A DNA stretch of 39,024 nucleotides. Source: an uncultured bacterium (GTDB taxonomy: Bacteria > Zixibacteria > MSB-5A5 > UBA10806). The notes beneath the pieces were generated by a model. It saw only the letters and a list, made by a program, of their open reading frames with translations, had not been told where the DNA came from and ran no database searches. Position numbers and translations under genes: made by a program. Shown here piece by piece: positions 8,446-17,749 of the stretch (positions are counted from its first letter, which is position 1; each line of letters starts with the position of its first letter). The DNA is taken from NCBI GenBank assembly GCA_965555375.1, contig CBEWDL010000003.1, positions 1 to 39,024 of the forward strand, written 5' to 3'.

Positions 8446-9651
8446 ATGAAAAGAAAGCTAAAGATTCTTACGGCTGCGCTGATAATTATCTCAATCTCTG
8501 TCGGGGGAACATCATATAGCGGCGTTTTGAAATCCCTCGATGATGAGCTGACCTCGCTGGTGGACAAGACCGAACCTTATCTGGTTACGGTCAAGGGTAA
8601 AGGGGCCTGGAGAAATCTGATAGCCACTGGAATCGTGTATGATAAAAGGGGCTATGTGATTACATCGTCGCATGCTTACAGCGCGGATGAGTTCGAGATC
8701 ACCTTCAAGGATGGTGCCGTATTTCCTGCAGAGAAGATTGGTGTTGATCATCAGACAGGACTGGCAGTTTTAAAGATTGAATACGATGATTTGAAGCCCC
8801 CAGAATGGGGGAGCACCCCGAAGCTCAGAGACGGGGCCTGGATAATGGTGGTGGGCAATTCCTATGGCATCCCCGCCACGGTGAATTTCGGGACTTTCTC
8901 AGGGCGCACCGATGAGGGATTTCTTCAGCTAAGCGCCGATGTCAAACCGGGGGCTTCAGGCGGAGCAGTCCTGAACACCGATGGGGAGATCGTCGGAATA
9001 CTTATAGCCCGTGAAACCGATTCCAGGAGGACGATCCAGAGTTCAACTCGTGATGACCTTTTGCGAAGTTATGTCGGCAGCCTGAAATTTTCTGATTTGA
9101 TGGGGAAATCGGAAGACAGGGCTATCGCTATTCCCATCGAAATGGTTATTGACGTTGTCGACCAGCTTATCGAATCGGGGGAAGTTAAGCGGGGGTTTTT
9201 GGGAATCAGTCAGAAAAACCTCTCCTCAAGTGAGCGCGAGGAATATGATTTACGAGGCGGGGTTTTAGTGATCGACGTGGTTGAGGGGTCTCCGGCCGAG
9301 GAGGCCGGGTTGGAAGAAGGCGATATAATAACTGCCGTCGAAGGGAAGCCGATCCGGAATACGTCAGATCTCTTCAGCTTGATTCGTTCGCATAAACCGG
9401 GGGACAGGGTCGCCATTACGTATTATCGGATGGGCGAAGAGCGAACGACTGAGGCGATATTGGAAACTGCCGACGATATTGGTCTATTCGGCAGATGGAA
9501 GATACGGGAGATTGTTCCAAAGTTGAATGTAGATAATCGGTTAAGGTTGCCTGATATGACCGATCTGAAAGAGGATATATCTCGACTGAAGGAAGAGTTA
9601 GACCATCTTCGGAGTGAGTTAGAAGAGTTGCGAATCAAGCTGAAAGAGTGA
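8446..9651 (+). CDS. HtrA/DegP-like S1C protease with one PDZ domain and C-terminal coiled coil
   Basis: VITSSH, PGASGGAVLNTDGEIVGI, RGFLGI PDZ motif, GSPAEEAGLEEGDII; signal peptide. Confidence 0.88.
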   Translation: MKRKLKILTAALIIISISVGGTSYSGVLKSLDDELTSLVDKTEPYLVTVKGKGAWRNLIATGIVYDKRGYVITSSHAYSADEFEITFKDGAVFPAEKIGVDHQTGLAVLKIEYDDLKPPEWGSTPKLRDGAWIMVVGNSYGIPATVNFGTFSGRTDEGFLQLSADVKPGASGGAVLNTDGEIVGILIARETDSRRTIQSSTRDDLLRSYVGSLKFSDLMGKSEDRAIAIPIEMVIDVVDQLIESGEVKRGFLGISQKNLSSSEREEYDLRGGVLVIDVVEGSPAEEAGLEEGDIITAVEGKPIRNTSDLFSLIRSHKPGDRVAITYYRMGEERTTEAILETADDIGLFGRWKIREIVPKLNVDNRLRLPDMTDLKEDISRLKEELDHLRSELEELRIKLKE

Positions 9652-9775
9652 TCGCTGGCCAAACGGTAGCTTGCGATCAGCGCCGTATTCAGTTTCGCCA
9701 TAGGCGTTATCTCCCAATGCATTAATATAAAGACTTTTACCGGTCAAAATCTGGAACTCCAGGCTTTCAGATTAT

Positions 9776-9803
9776 GTTAGCTACGTAGGTTGGGGTAGCT
9801 AAC
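9776..9803. promoter_or_regulatory. Perfect 9-bp inverted repeat, candidate operator upstream of the pil promoter
   Basis: GTTAGCTAC-N10-GTAGCTAAC. Confidence 0.45.
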
Positions 9804-9822
9804 CGCGGGAGGTATTTTGGAG

Positions 9823-9851
9823 TTGACTGAGATGCCAATCTATAGTATATT
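9823..9851 (+). promoter_or_regulatory. Sigma70 promoter for the pilus operon
   Basis: TTGACT-N17-TATATT. Confidence 0.6.
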
Positions 9852-9893
9852 TCTCTCTTGGGGAGAGAGTATTTTTTTGGGGTCAGAAGCAGC

Positions 9894-9927
9894 AAGCTAC
9901 CTTAGAGGTTGTAGGGGTGGCTTTTTT
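9894..9927 (+). terminator. Terminator-like hairpin in the pilin 5' leader
   Basis: AAGCTACCTT...GGGGTGGCTT followed by a T-run. Confidence 0.4.
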
Positions 9928-9971
9928 GGATTTGGAGAATATTAAATAATCCTGTGAAGGAGGTAATTTCG

Positions 9972-10367
9972 ATGAAGAGACCACGTGGTACCAGCGGCTT
10001 TACGATGGTTGAGCTGGCCATCGTGCTGGTCATTCTCGCTATTCTGGCAGCTATCGCCGTGCCGATCTATTTGCAGTACGTCGAAAGCGCCCGCGCTGGA
10101 GAGGCGCAAGAGGCTATTGCGGCCGTTATGGCGGCGGCCAAAGTCTATCACGCCGAAACGGGGAGATGGGCCACCAACATTAATCAATTGAATAAACTCC
10201 ATCTTGAACGGATAACCGAGGAGAGGTGGAAATTCATCATTACTCCCGGCACCAACGGGATCAGGAATATCCGGGCTACATCCACCGGTATGATGCCAGG
10301 GGGAGCGGGCAAGCTTGTCATTTTTGATGCCGAGCGAGGCACCTGGAGCGGTTACGGATTCGATTAA
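9972..10367 (+). CDS. pilA: Type IV pilin (probable major pilin, PilA/PilE-like)
   Basis: MKRPRGTSG|FTMVELAIVLVILAILAAIAVP class III signal with Glu5; GGAGG RBS. Confidence 0.85.
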   Translation: MKRPRGTSGFTMVELAIVLVILAILAAIAVPIYLQYVESARAGEAQEAIAAVMAAAKVYHAETGRWATNINQLNKLHLERITEERWKFIITPGTNGIRNIRATSTGMMPGGAGKLVIFDAERGTWSGYGFD

Positions 10368-10395
10368 TTAATAACTCTTTCCAAGGACTGGCGCA

Positions 10396-11484
10396 TTGGA
10401 AAACTACGAAGCCGCAGGGGCGGTGGTTTCGGCAGAGAAACCACCTACAATTGATGATCTGTTGATGTTCACCAAGGAGCAGGGAGCTTCGGATCTGCAT
10501 CTTTCCGAAGGCTCTACTCCTATGATCCGGATCGATGGTCGTCTGCATAAACTCGATCTACCGGGTCTGACCCGGGAGGGGATAAAAGACCTGCTATTGG
10601 GCGCGATGAACCCGGATCAACGCAAGCGTTTCGACGAAGGTTACGAGATCGACTTCGCTAAGGAAATCGATGATAATACCAGGTTCAGGTGCAATATCTA
10701 TAAGCAGATCCAGGGGTTGGCGGGAGCCTTCAGGACAATCCCGGCGGAGATTCGTTCGTTCGAAGAGCTGGGCTTGCCGGATATTCTAAAGCCCCTTTCA
10801 ATGATGGATCGGGGTCTGGTATTGCTGACCGGGCCGACAGGTTCCGGTAAGACAACCACCCTGGCCACCATGGTGGACTGGATCAACCAGCATAAGGAAT
10901 GCCACATAATTACTATCGAAGATCCTGTAGAATATTTCCAGAGAAGCAACCACAGCCTGATCAATCAACGCGAACTGGGGGCGAACACTCGTTCTTTTGC
11001 AAATGCCTTACGCGCGGCGTTGCGTGAAGATCCCGATGTTATACTGGTAGGTGAGATGCGCGATCTGGAAACTATATCGCTGGCGTTGACCGCCGCCGAA
11101 ACCGGTCACCTGGTGCTTTCCACCCTGCATACATCATCGGCCACGAAGACAATCGATCGTATCATCGATATATTCCCCGCCGAGCAGAAGAGCCAGGTTC
11201 GCTCAATGCTTTCCGAATCGGTGCAGGCGGTTCTGGCGCAGACCCTCCTTCCCAGGAAAGATAAGGGGCGAGTAGTCGCCTGCGAAGTCATGATAGCTAC
11301 AGTGGCCGTCAGGAACCTGATTCGGGAGGACAAGATCTATCAGATTCCATCGGTGATCCAGGCTGGAGGCAAATCCGGTATGCAGTCATTGGATCAGCAT
11401 CTTCTGACTTTGGTGTCCGAGGGCAAGATAGACCGGACGGTAGCGGCTCAGAGGGCCGACAATCCGAAACTATTTTTGGATTAA
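10396..11484 (+). CDS. pilT: Pilus retraction ATPase PilT
   Basis: ASDLHL, GPTGSGKTTT, TIEDPVE, LREDPDVILVGEMRD, AETGHLVLSTLH, AVRNLIRE. Confidence 0.95.
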   Translation: MENYEAAGAVVSAEKPPTIDDLLMFTKEQGASDLHLSEGSTPMIRIDGRLHKLDLPGLTREGIKDLLLGAMNPDQRKRFDEGYEIDFAKEIDDNTRFRCNIYKQIQGLAGAFRTIPAEIRSFEELGLPDILKPLSMMDRGLVLLTGPTGSGKTTTLATMVDWINQHKECHIITIEDPVEYFQRSNHSLINQRELGANTRSFANALRAALREDPDVILVGEMRDLETISLALTAAETGHLVLSTLHTSSATKTIDRIIDIFPAEQKSQVRSMLSESVQAVLAQTLLPRKDKGRVVACEVMIATVAVRNLIREDKIYQIPSVIQAGGKSGMQSLDQHLLTLVSEGKIDRTVAAQRADNPKLFLD

Positions 11485-11527
11485 CTTTGAGGGGGTTCGC
11501 ATAGAGATCGATAATCGTAATAGCCTT

Positions 11528-11938
11528 TTGAATCATCGGGGCCTAACCTTAGTTGAAATGATGATTGCGCTTGTTGTCATCTCGCTTTCGATTCTGGCTG
11601 TTTATCAGATGTTTATTACCGGAAGGGAATTGATTATCGAGCAATATCAACGGCGGTATGCGCTGGAGAGGGCCCAGGCCTGGATGGAAAGAATGAAATA
11701 TTACGAGAACGAACTCGATACCGTTCCTCTGGATTTCGGGAGATCCTTCGTCGATACGCTGGTGCAGCCGAGCGATGAACATATTGGAATCTGGGCTGAG
11801 TGCGTTATCGATGTTGAGCATAGCTTCGACAGAGACCCCGGGAGCGGGATGCCGTATTTTAGTACTGTCTCGGTTACGTATGACTGGGAGGCTCTCTCGG
11901 GCCGGGAATACAGTATAAAATTGATGTCCAGATTTTAG
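11528..11938 (+). CDS. Minor pilin (PilV-like)
   Basis: HRG|LTLVEMMIAL prepilin motif; TTG start. Confidence 0.8.
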   Translation: MNHRGLTLVEMMIALVVISLSILAVYQMFITGRELIIEQYQRRYALERAQAWMERMKYYENELDTVPLDFGRSFVDTLVQPSDEHIGIWAECVIDVEHSFDRDPGSGMPYFSTVSVTYDWEALSGREYSIKLMSRF

Positions 11939-11963
11939 AGAATGGTGGCGTATTAGCGAAATC

Positions 11964-12545
11964 ATGAAAGTATTTAGAAGAATATTAATATTAAGATCTG
12001 GTATGACTCTCGTGGAGGTCGCGGCCGTGATAGCGATTTCCGCAATTGTATTCACGGGCGTGCTCATCGCCTATACCGGCGGAATAGGGTATTGGCAGGA
12101 CACGTCCGAGGAGTTGGCGCTTTATAATGAGGGCACGATGGCATTATCGTTGATGGGGAGATTCATCAGAAATGCCGATTTCATTAAAATCAAGAGCTAT
12201 TCCGGGGTGGCGTCCGCCAAGCTGGAACTGGGATATCCGCAGGAGGACACCTGGAGTGCGGCCTTTTATTTCGTACGGGAAGACGGCAGTCTTAGATGGA
12301 ATGATCAAACCGAAGGGCGCAATAAGTTTAATCTAAAGCTCCTGCCCGCAGTGAAATACAGGCAAGGCCATGATGAGGCCCCGTATCTAACTGTGATAGA
12401 CGCTAAGTTTACGCCTCTTGATGATATTGGTTTTCAGAGTCCCACATTGATCGGTTACTCATTGATAAGAATTGAACTTGCCCTGGAGGATTCTCGAGGG
12501 GATACATTATATTTATCATCGGTGGTGTCTAAGAGAAACAAGTGA
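11964..12545 (+). CDS. Minor pilin (PilW-like)
   Basis: RSG|MTLVEVAAVIAI prepilin motif. Confidence 0.8.
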   Translation: MKVFRRILILRSGMTLVEVAAVIAISAIVFTGVLIAYTGGIGYWQDTSEELALYNEGTMALSLMGRFIRNADFIKIKSYSGVASAKLELGYPQEDTWSAAFYFVREDGSLRWNDQTEGRNKFNLKLLPAVKYRQGHDEAPYLTVIDAKFTPLDDIGFQSPTLIGYSLIRIELALEDSRGDTLYLSSVVSKRNK

Positions 12546-12595
12546 GATTTCTTGAAAAACTCAAAGGACGGGGACGAACCTGAAGGAGACCTGTC

Positions 12596-13975
12596 ATGAA
12601 TATACGGAATGATAAAGGGGCACGAGGCAGCGTTCTGGTGATGGCGGCGGTGCTGTCGTTTGCCATGTTTTTATTGGGGCTGACTTATCTGGGGTTTACG
12701 AACCAGGTAATGATGGAGACAGAGGAGCTGCTGGCCGATGAGCAAATTCACTATGCGCGTTATGCCGGCATGACGATGGCCGATGCTTATACAAGAATGA
12801 GCAGCCCCGGTTCGAATTACCACGGGGGATTAACAAAATTCTACGATGACGTTTATTATGATAGTTATATCTATTTCGGAGGTTATGAAGGGGGATTTTA
12901 CAGGATCGATGCCAATTATACCCTGGTCGGTGTAGGATATGTCAACAGGCATTCGGGGGTCAAACGGCAGTCGGAAGCCTACAAGAGCATTAAGCTGGAA
13001 ACCTTCGCCGATTACCTATATCTATCCGACGTCGAGCGGGATACCCTCAGACATGTTATAATAAGGTTCTGGACACCGGACACCCTGGACGGCAAAGTTC
13101 ATTCCAATGATACGCTGCATATTATGGGGGCACCCAGGTTTATGAAGGAAGTGACATCGGCCGCTCCCACTATCGATCCACCGAACAATGACGCCCAGTT
13201 TGACGAAGGGTTTTGGCCGAATCGGGGGGAAATATTTTTCCCGCAGCAGGCCGATAGTATCAGATATCACACCGGTTATCATGGCTGGGGCACGTTTGAT
13301 CCCGATTCCGCCACCGAGATCACATTCAGCGGTCCCTATATTTATCGCAGGTACTGCGGGCTATTGATCGATAACACCATAGAGTGTTTTCCGCCATTTA
13401 TAGCCGATGCTCCCATATTCGAGATACCCGCAAGCGGCGCGCTGTTTGTTGAGGGCAAAGTATTTATAAAAGCCGATCGAACAGGCCCCGATTTACTGGA
13501 TCCCAGTTTTCGATCTATCGGATTCGAGGGACGTTTGACGGTGGCGTCATCCGATACCATGATAATCGTTGACAATCTTATTTACCGCTACGCCAGGCCC
13601 GATAATTCTGTCCCCGGTACCATCAATGAGATTAGAGATGTCCTGGGCCTGATTTCCGAGAATTTCATCATGGTGGGCGAGGATGTAGCAGATACGGTTT
13701 ATATAAATGCGGCCATGGCGGCTCTAAACGGTTCCATTTCGGTTCAGGATATATATGATTATGGGGTCTATAACGAAAAGCAGTCGCTTTTCATATATGG
13801 CTCCCTGGCCCAGAGGAATCGGGGCATTGTTCACACCACAGACTACAACGATAGAGGATTTATTGAGAAAGATTATCATTACGATAAAAGACTTCAGAGG
13901 TATCCTCCCCCTCATTTCGTTCCCACCGGCAATAATAAATCTATCTATAGCGAAAGATTCTTTAGCAAAGGCTGA
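12596..13975 (+). CDS. Large PilX/GspK-type minor pilin with DUF4900/ComZ-like C-terminal domain, copy 1
   Basis: RG|SVLVMAAVL with no Glu5; ETFADYLY, DTLDGKVHSND, LGLISE, KDYHYDKRL..PPPHF. Confidence 0.75.
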   Translation: MNIRNDKGARGSVLVMAAVLSFAMFLLGLTYLGFTNQVMMETEELLADEQIHYARYAGMTMADAYTRMSSPGSNYHGGLTKFYDDVYYDSYIYFGGYEGGFYRIDANYTLVGVGYVNRHSGVKRQSEAYKSIKLETFADYLYLSDVERDTLRHVIIRFWTPDTLDGKVHSNDTLHIMGAPRFMKEVTSAAPTIDPPNNDAQFDEGFWPNRGEIFFPQQADSIRYHTGYHGWGTFDPDSATEITFSGPYIYRRYCGLLIDNTIECFPPFIADAPIFEIPASGALFVEGKVFIKADRTGPDLLDPSFRSIGFEGRLTVASSDTMIIVDNLIYRYARPDNSVPGTINEIRDVLGLISENFIMVGEDVADTVYINAAMAALNGSISVQDIYDYGVYNEKQSLFIYGSLAQRNRGIVHTTDYNDRGFIEKDYHYDKRLQRYPPPHFVPTGNNKSIYSERFFSKG

Positions 13976-14087
13976 TCGGGATTCAGATTGTGGTGAAATT
14001 GTATGAGATGTCGGATTTTAAGGGGCCAGAACGAGTAAATTCTTTACCCCGAGATACAATCTGTATGAATCCCCCCGAGAGAAAAAG

Positions 14088-15461
14088 ATGATTTTTTCAG
14101 GAGTGAATATTAAGGATCAGAGAGGTTCTGTGCTGGTGATGGCGGCGGTGCTGGCATTTTCCATGTTTTTACTGGGGCTGGCATACCTGGGGTCTGTAAA
14201 TCGTGCGGTATTGGATACCGATGAACTGGTAACCGAGATACAGGCGGTTTACGCCGCCGCCGCTGCAATTATGGATGGTATCGTATACACGACTATATAT
14301 GAACCCGGTACCGATTACCATATAAAAATGTTGGAGTTCTACAACAATGTTTATTATGACGGATATATCTATTTCAGCGGCTATAGCAGCGGGATTTATT
14401 CTATCGACGCCGATTATGTTGTAGTTGGAATAGGAATTGCCAGGTCCTATTCGGGGGTTGAACGGCAGTATAGAATCTCGAGCCAGTTCGTTAAGGAGAC
14501 CTTCGCCGATTATCTTTACATAACCGATGATGAACACGATATGGTTTACGGCGGGCAAATTTATTTCTGGACGCCGGATACCCTGGATGGCAAAGTCCAT
14601 ACCAATGATGCCATACATATAATGCCCTGGTCTGATCGGCCAGTGTTCAAGAAACGGGTAACGTCGTCGGCGAGCTATATATCTCCTCCCGATAACCATG
14701 CCAGGTTCGATGAGGGGTTGTTTTTGAATCAGCCGGAGATAGTATTCCCGGATCAGGCGGAAGAGGTTCGGTACTATGCCGGCGATACGTACACTTATGG
14801 CAGCAATCACCCCGATTCGGTTTACTGGCTGGCCTTTCTCGGCGCCGGCTACAAACTGAGGGAATCCGGCGATCGAGGCAATACCTGGAATACGGATTGG
14901 CCGGAGTTGCCATTGATACAATTACCGTCTTCAGGAGCCATCTATATCAATGGCAAATGCTGGATTTCAACCACACAATTTCCGGATTCAGCAAACCCGC
15001 ATGATGGCCGCCTTGACGGCCGGGTAACGGTCGCAAGCTCTGATACGATGTATATCCGAGGGCAGACGCTTTACTCATGCTTCGACGAAGTCAATAACAT
15101 CGTGCCGATGAACTGCAATGATGCTCTGGGACTGATCTCCGAGAAATGGGTTTTGGTATCGGACAGGCTACCTGGTTGGCATTACGGAATTAAAATTAAT
15201 GCCGGGATTGCCGCATTGCGTGGTTCGTTTTCCGTGGATAAGATTTATACCTATGCCCAGGAGCATCAGTCGCTTTTCGTTTACGGTTCGATTGCTCAAT
15301 ATCACCGGGGAATCGTGCATCGTGGTTCGTGTGATTCGGGGGTGGGGTATTGTCAGAAAGATTACTAGTATGACGATCGGTTCAGGAAGAATCCACCGCC
15401 GCACTTCATCTCGATCAAGAATAGAAGGCCGATTTATCGTGAGGATTTCTATCTGGGTTGA
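14088..15461 (+). CDS. Large PilX/ComZ-like minor pilin, copy 2, interrupted by in-frame TAG at 15366-15368 (readthrough, nonsense allele or sequencing error)
   Basis: Paralog of copy 1. After KDY-TAG the same frame reads YDDRFRKNPPPHFISIKNRRPIYREDFYLG-TGA, matching the C-terminus of copy 1. Confidence 0.75.
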
Positions 15462-15496
15462 GAATGAGTTTTAAGTAAGGATAGACAGGGAGTATT

Positions 15497-16552
15497 ATGG
15501 CGAAGTCGTTTTTTGGATTGGATATCGGAACCTATTCGGTGAAATTGGTAGAGATCGACAATGAAAACGGCCGTTACAGGCTTAAGAATTATTCCATTAT
15601 CGATCTTTATGGGGAAGGCGAAGAATACGAAATTGAAGGGGCAAGCTATAGCCGTCAGAGCGAGGCGTTGAAGAATTGCTTCAAGCAATTGAAAGTGAAT
15701 CCCAGGAGGGTGAAGAACCTGAACTGCTCCATGGGGGGCACAAGCGTTGCGGTCAAACAGATAAAATCAATTCCGCTGGGAGCAGAGGAGCTGGAATCGT
15801 CTCTATCTTTCGAGGCTCGTAAGCACCTTCCGCTCGATGATACGGATGCCATATTAGATTTTCAGATTCTGGACGGGGGGGCTGAGGCGCCGCATATGGA
15901 TATATTGCTTGTGGCGACAACGAAGAAAGCGTTCCAGTATCGGGTAAAACTCCTTCGGGAGCTGGGGATCAGACCGAAGATCATGGATGCCGAAAGCACC
16001 GCCTTGGTGAATTCCTACCTGATGACCAGAGGCAAGCTCACAGCGGAGGGCGCCTTGATATTTCTTGATGTGGGCGCTAAGTTTTCAAACCTGACGATAT
16101 TTTCAGATCAAAGCATCTTTTTTTCCCGTGATATTCCGATAGGCGGACATAAACTAACCGAGGATGTAAAGTCGTTGCATGATCTGGAGTATGGAGAGGC
16201 TGAGAATCTGAAAAAGGAGAGGGGTATGGGCGCATTCATCGGCGAATCCGGTGGCGAGGACTCATCTATCCGCGTGGCGCGCAGGATGGCGGTTGACGGA
16301 TTGATCGATGAGATCAGAAGATCACTTCGGTATTACACTAAAGAAACCGGCATCCGGGAATTTGAAAAGATATTGATGAGCGGCGGTTCGGCATCCATGC
16401 CCAATCTTAATTCTCATCTGGCCCAGGCGTTGTCGATGAATGTCGAGATTTACAATCCTTTTGAGCTGTTTACGGTTCCTCCCGGTTTCTCCGATGCAGT
16501 GGCGGCTCAATTGGCGACGGCCTGCGGGTTGGCCTTGAGGGAGGAACAATGA
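15497..16552 (+). CDS. pilM: Type IV pilus assembly protein PilM
   Basis: GLDIGTYSVKLVE, FLDVGA, RDIPIGG, LMSGGSA, ACGLALR (actin/FtsA-like fold). Confidence 0.92.
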   Translation: MAKSFFGLDIGTYSVKLVEIDNENGRYRLKNYSIIDLYGEGEEYEIEGASYSRQSEALKNCFKQLKVNPRRVKNLNCSMGGTSVAVKQIKSIPLGAEELESSLSFEARKHLPLDDTDAILDFQILDGGAEAPHMDILLVATTKKAFQYRVKLLRELGIRPKIMDAESTALVNSYLMTRGKLTAEGALIFLDVGAKFSNLTIFSDQSIFFSRDIPIGGHKLTEDVKSLHDLEYGEAENLKKERGMGAFIGESGGEDSSIRVARRMAVDGLIDEIRRSLRYYTKETGIREFEKILMSGGSASMPNLNSHLAQALSMNVEIYNPFELFTVPPGFSDAVAAQLATACGLALREEQ

Positions 16553-17127
16553 GGGCACGATACTATTCAATCAACCTTAATAAGGCCTCGAACCGGCTCG
16601 ATCAATTTGAGCAGGCACAAAGAAGAAGGAAGGCTCTCTCTCTCGTCTTTCTGTTTGCAGTCATATTGGCTGCAATGGGAGTTGTGGGCTATAAGACATT
16701 TCAGGTTCAGAAGACGATAGAGGAGTATAGAGTGGAATACCGGTCAATCGAGGATAGAATTACACAGCTCGAGGCCTCGAGCGATTATCTTTCGCCTGAG
16801 GATGTATTCACTCTTTCCAATATCACCAGGGAAAGACTGACATGGTCGGAGAAGCTATCGGTTTTAGGCAACATCTTACCAAAGGATGTGGCCATAACCG
16901 AGCTTGTGTATGATGGGAACCTGAATGCTTTCCTGATAAAGGGGATTTCCAGGGTCAAACCGGGGATGAAAGACCTCGATCTCGTAGTCGCTATCATTAA
17001 TCTGGTAAAGGCCCAGGAGGATTTCAGCTCCGATTTTTCGGAGATTAAATTCCAATCGTCTCAGAGAATAAAGCACCGGGACCAGGAAATTGTAAAATTT
17101 GAGATTGCCTGTTTAATAAAGAGTTGA
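16549..17127 (+). CDS. pilN: PilN-like inner-membrane alignment protein
   Basis: INL motif, TM helix, coiled coil, LPKDVAIT; ATGA overlap with pilM. Confidence 0.8.
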   Translation: MRARYYSINLNKASNRLDQFEQAQRRRKALSLVFLFAVILAAMGVVGYKTFQVQKTIEEYRVEYRSIEDRITQLEASSDYLSPEDVFTLSNITRERLTWSEKLSVLGNILPKDVAITELVYDGNLNAFLIKGISRVKPGMKDLDLVVAIINLVKAQEDFSSDFSEIKFQSSQRIKHRDQEIVKFEIACLIKS

Positions 17128-17140
17128 ACTCGGAGATACG

Positions 17141-17749
17141 ATGAAGACAAGTTTAATTATCTTTCTGCTGATGGTAATCTTACTGGGAGGAACTTATTTC
17201 TACTACGATCAGGTTATTGTGAGCCAACCCCGGGAGATTGAATCGCTCTTAAGGCAGATAGGGGAAAAGAACAAGCAGCTTCTGGCGGCGCAGATTCTGG
17301 CGGAGAAGAGGGAAGGCGTCACTATGTTAATTCATAATAACCTGGTCGAGAGCCCCAGTGATTCGCTGGCGGAGAGGGCGTCCATTCCATTTTTGCGCTA
17401 CCTGACATCGACTATGGATAGACTGGGCATTCGGCTTGTTTCCCTAACGCCCCGGGAAGTGATCGGTACGGACGATCCGGTCACGATGAGTCAAAAGGAA
17501 TATATCGAGGTTCCCTATGAAATGAAAGTGATTGCATCTTTTAAGGAGTTTGGAAAGTTTTTGGATGTCCTGGAGAAATCGGCGCACCTTATAAAAGTAG
17601 ACGCTTTTGTGGTAACAAACGATATCGAGCAATCCCTTTTTGCCGAGGAGATCGTTGGCAAGCCCAGGCAACATCCGATTCAACTGCAAATAAGCACCTT
17701 GGCAATTTTGAAAGCGAGTTATAGAAGTGAATCAGGAGAGTATTTTTAA
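17141..17749 (+). CDS. pilO: PilO-like protein
   Basis: TM plus coiled coil; YIEVPYEMKVIASFKEFGKFLDVLE. Confidence 0.8.
   Translation: MKTSLIIFLLMVILLGGTYFYYDQVIVSQPREIESLLRQIGEKNKQLLAAQILAEKREGVTMLIHNNLVESPSDSLAERASIPFLRYLTSTMDRLGIRLVSLTPREVIGTDDPVTMSQKEYIEVPYEMKVIASFKEFGKFLDVLEKSAHLIKVDAFVVTNDIEQSLFAEEIVGKPRQHPIQLQISTLAILKASYRSESGEYF

Noticed and set aside
9652-9950. c-di-GMP riboswitch or tRNA upstream of the pilin
   Set aside because: The GEMM-I and c-di-GMP-II consensus elements and a tRNA cloverleaf could not be found by eye; an Rfam scan would be needed.
12596-15461. Diversity-generating retroelement or shufflon acting on the pilin paralogs
   Set aside because: Differences in the shared blocks are mostly synonymous and not adenine-specific. 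No reverse transcriptase, recombinase or inverted cassette is present in the window.
15199-15474. 91-aa ORF as a frameshifted continuation of pilin copy 2
   Set aside because: The homologous continuation is in the original frame after the TAG, not in this frame.
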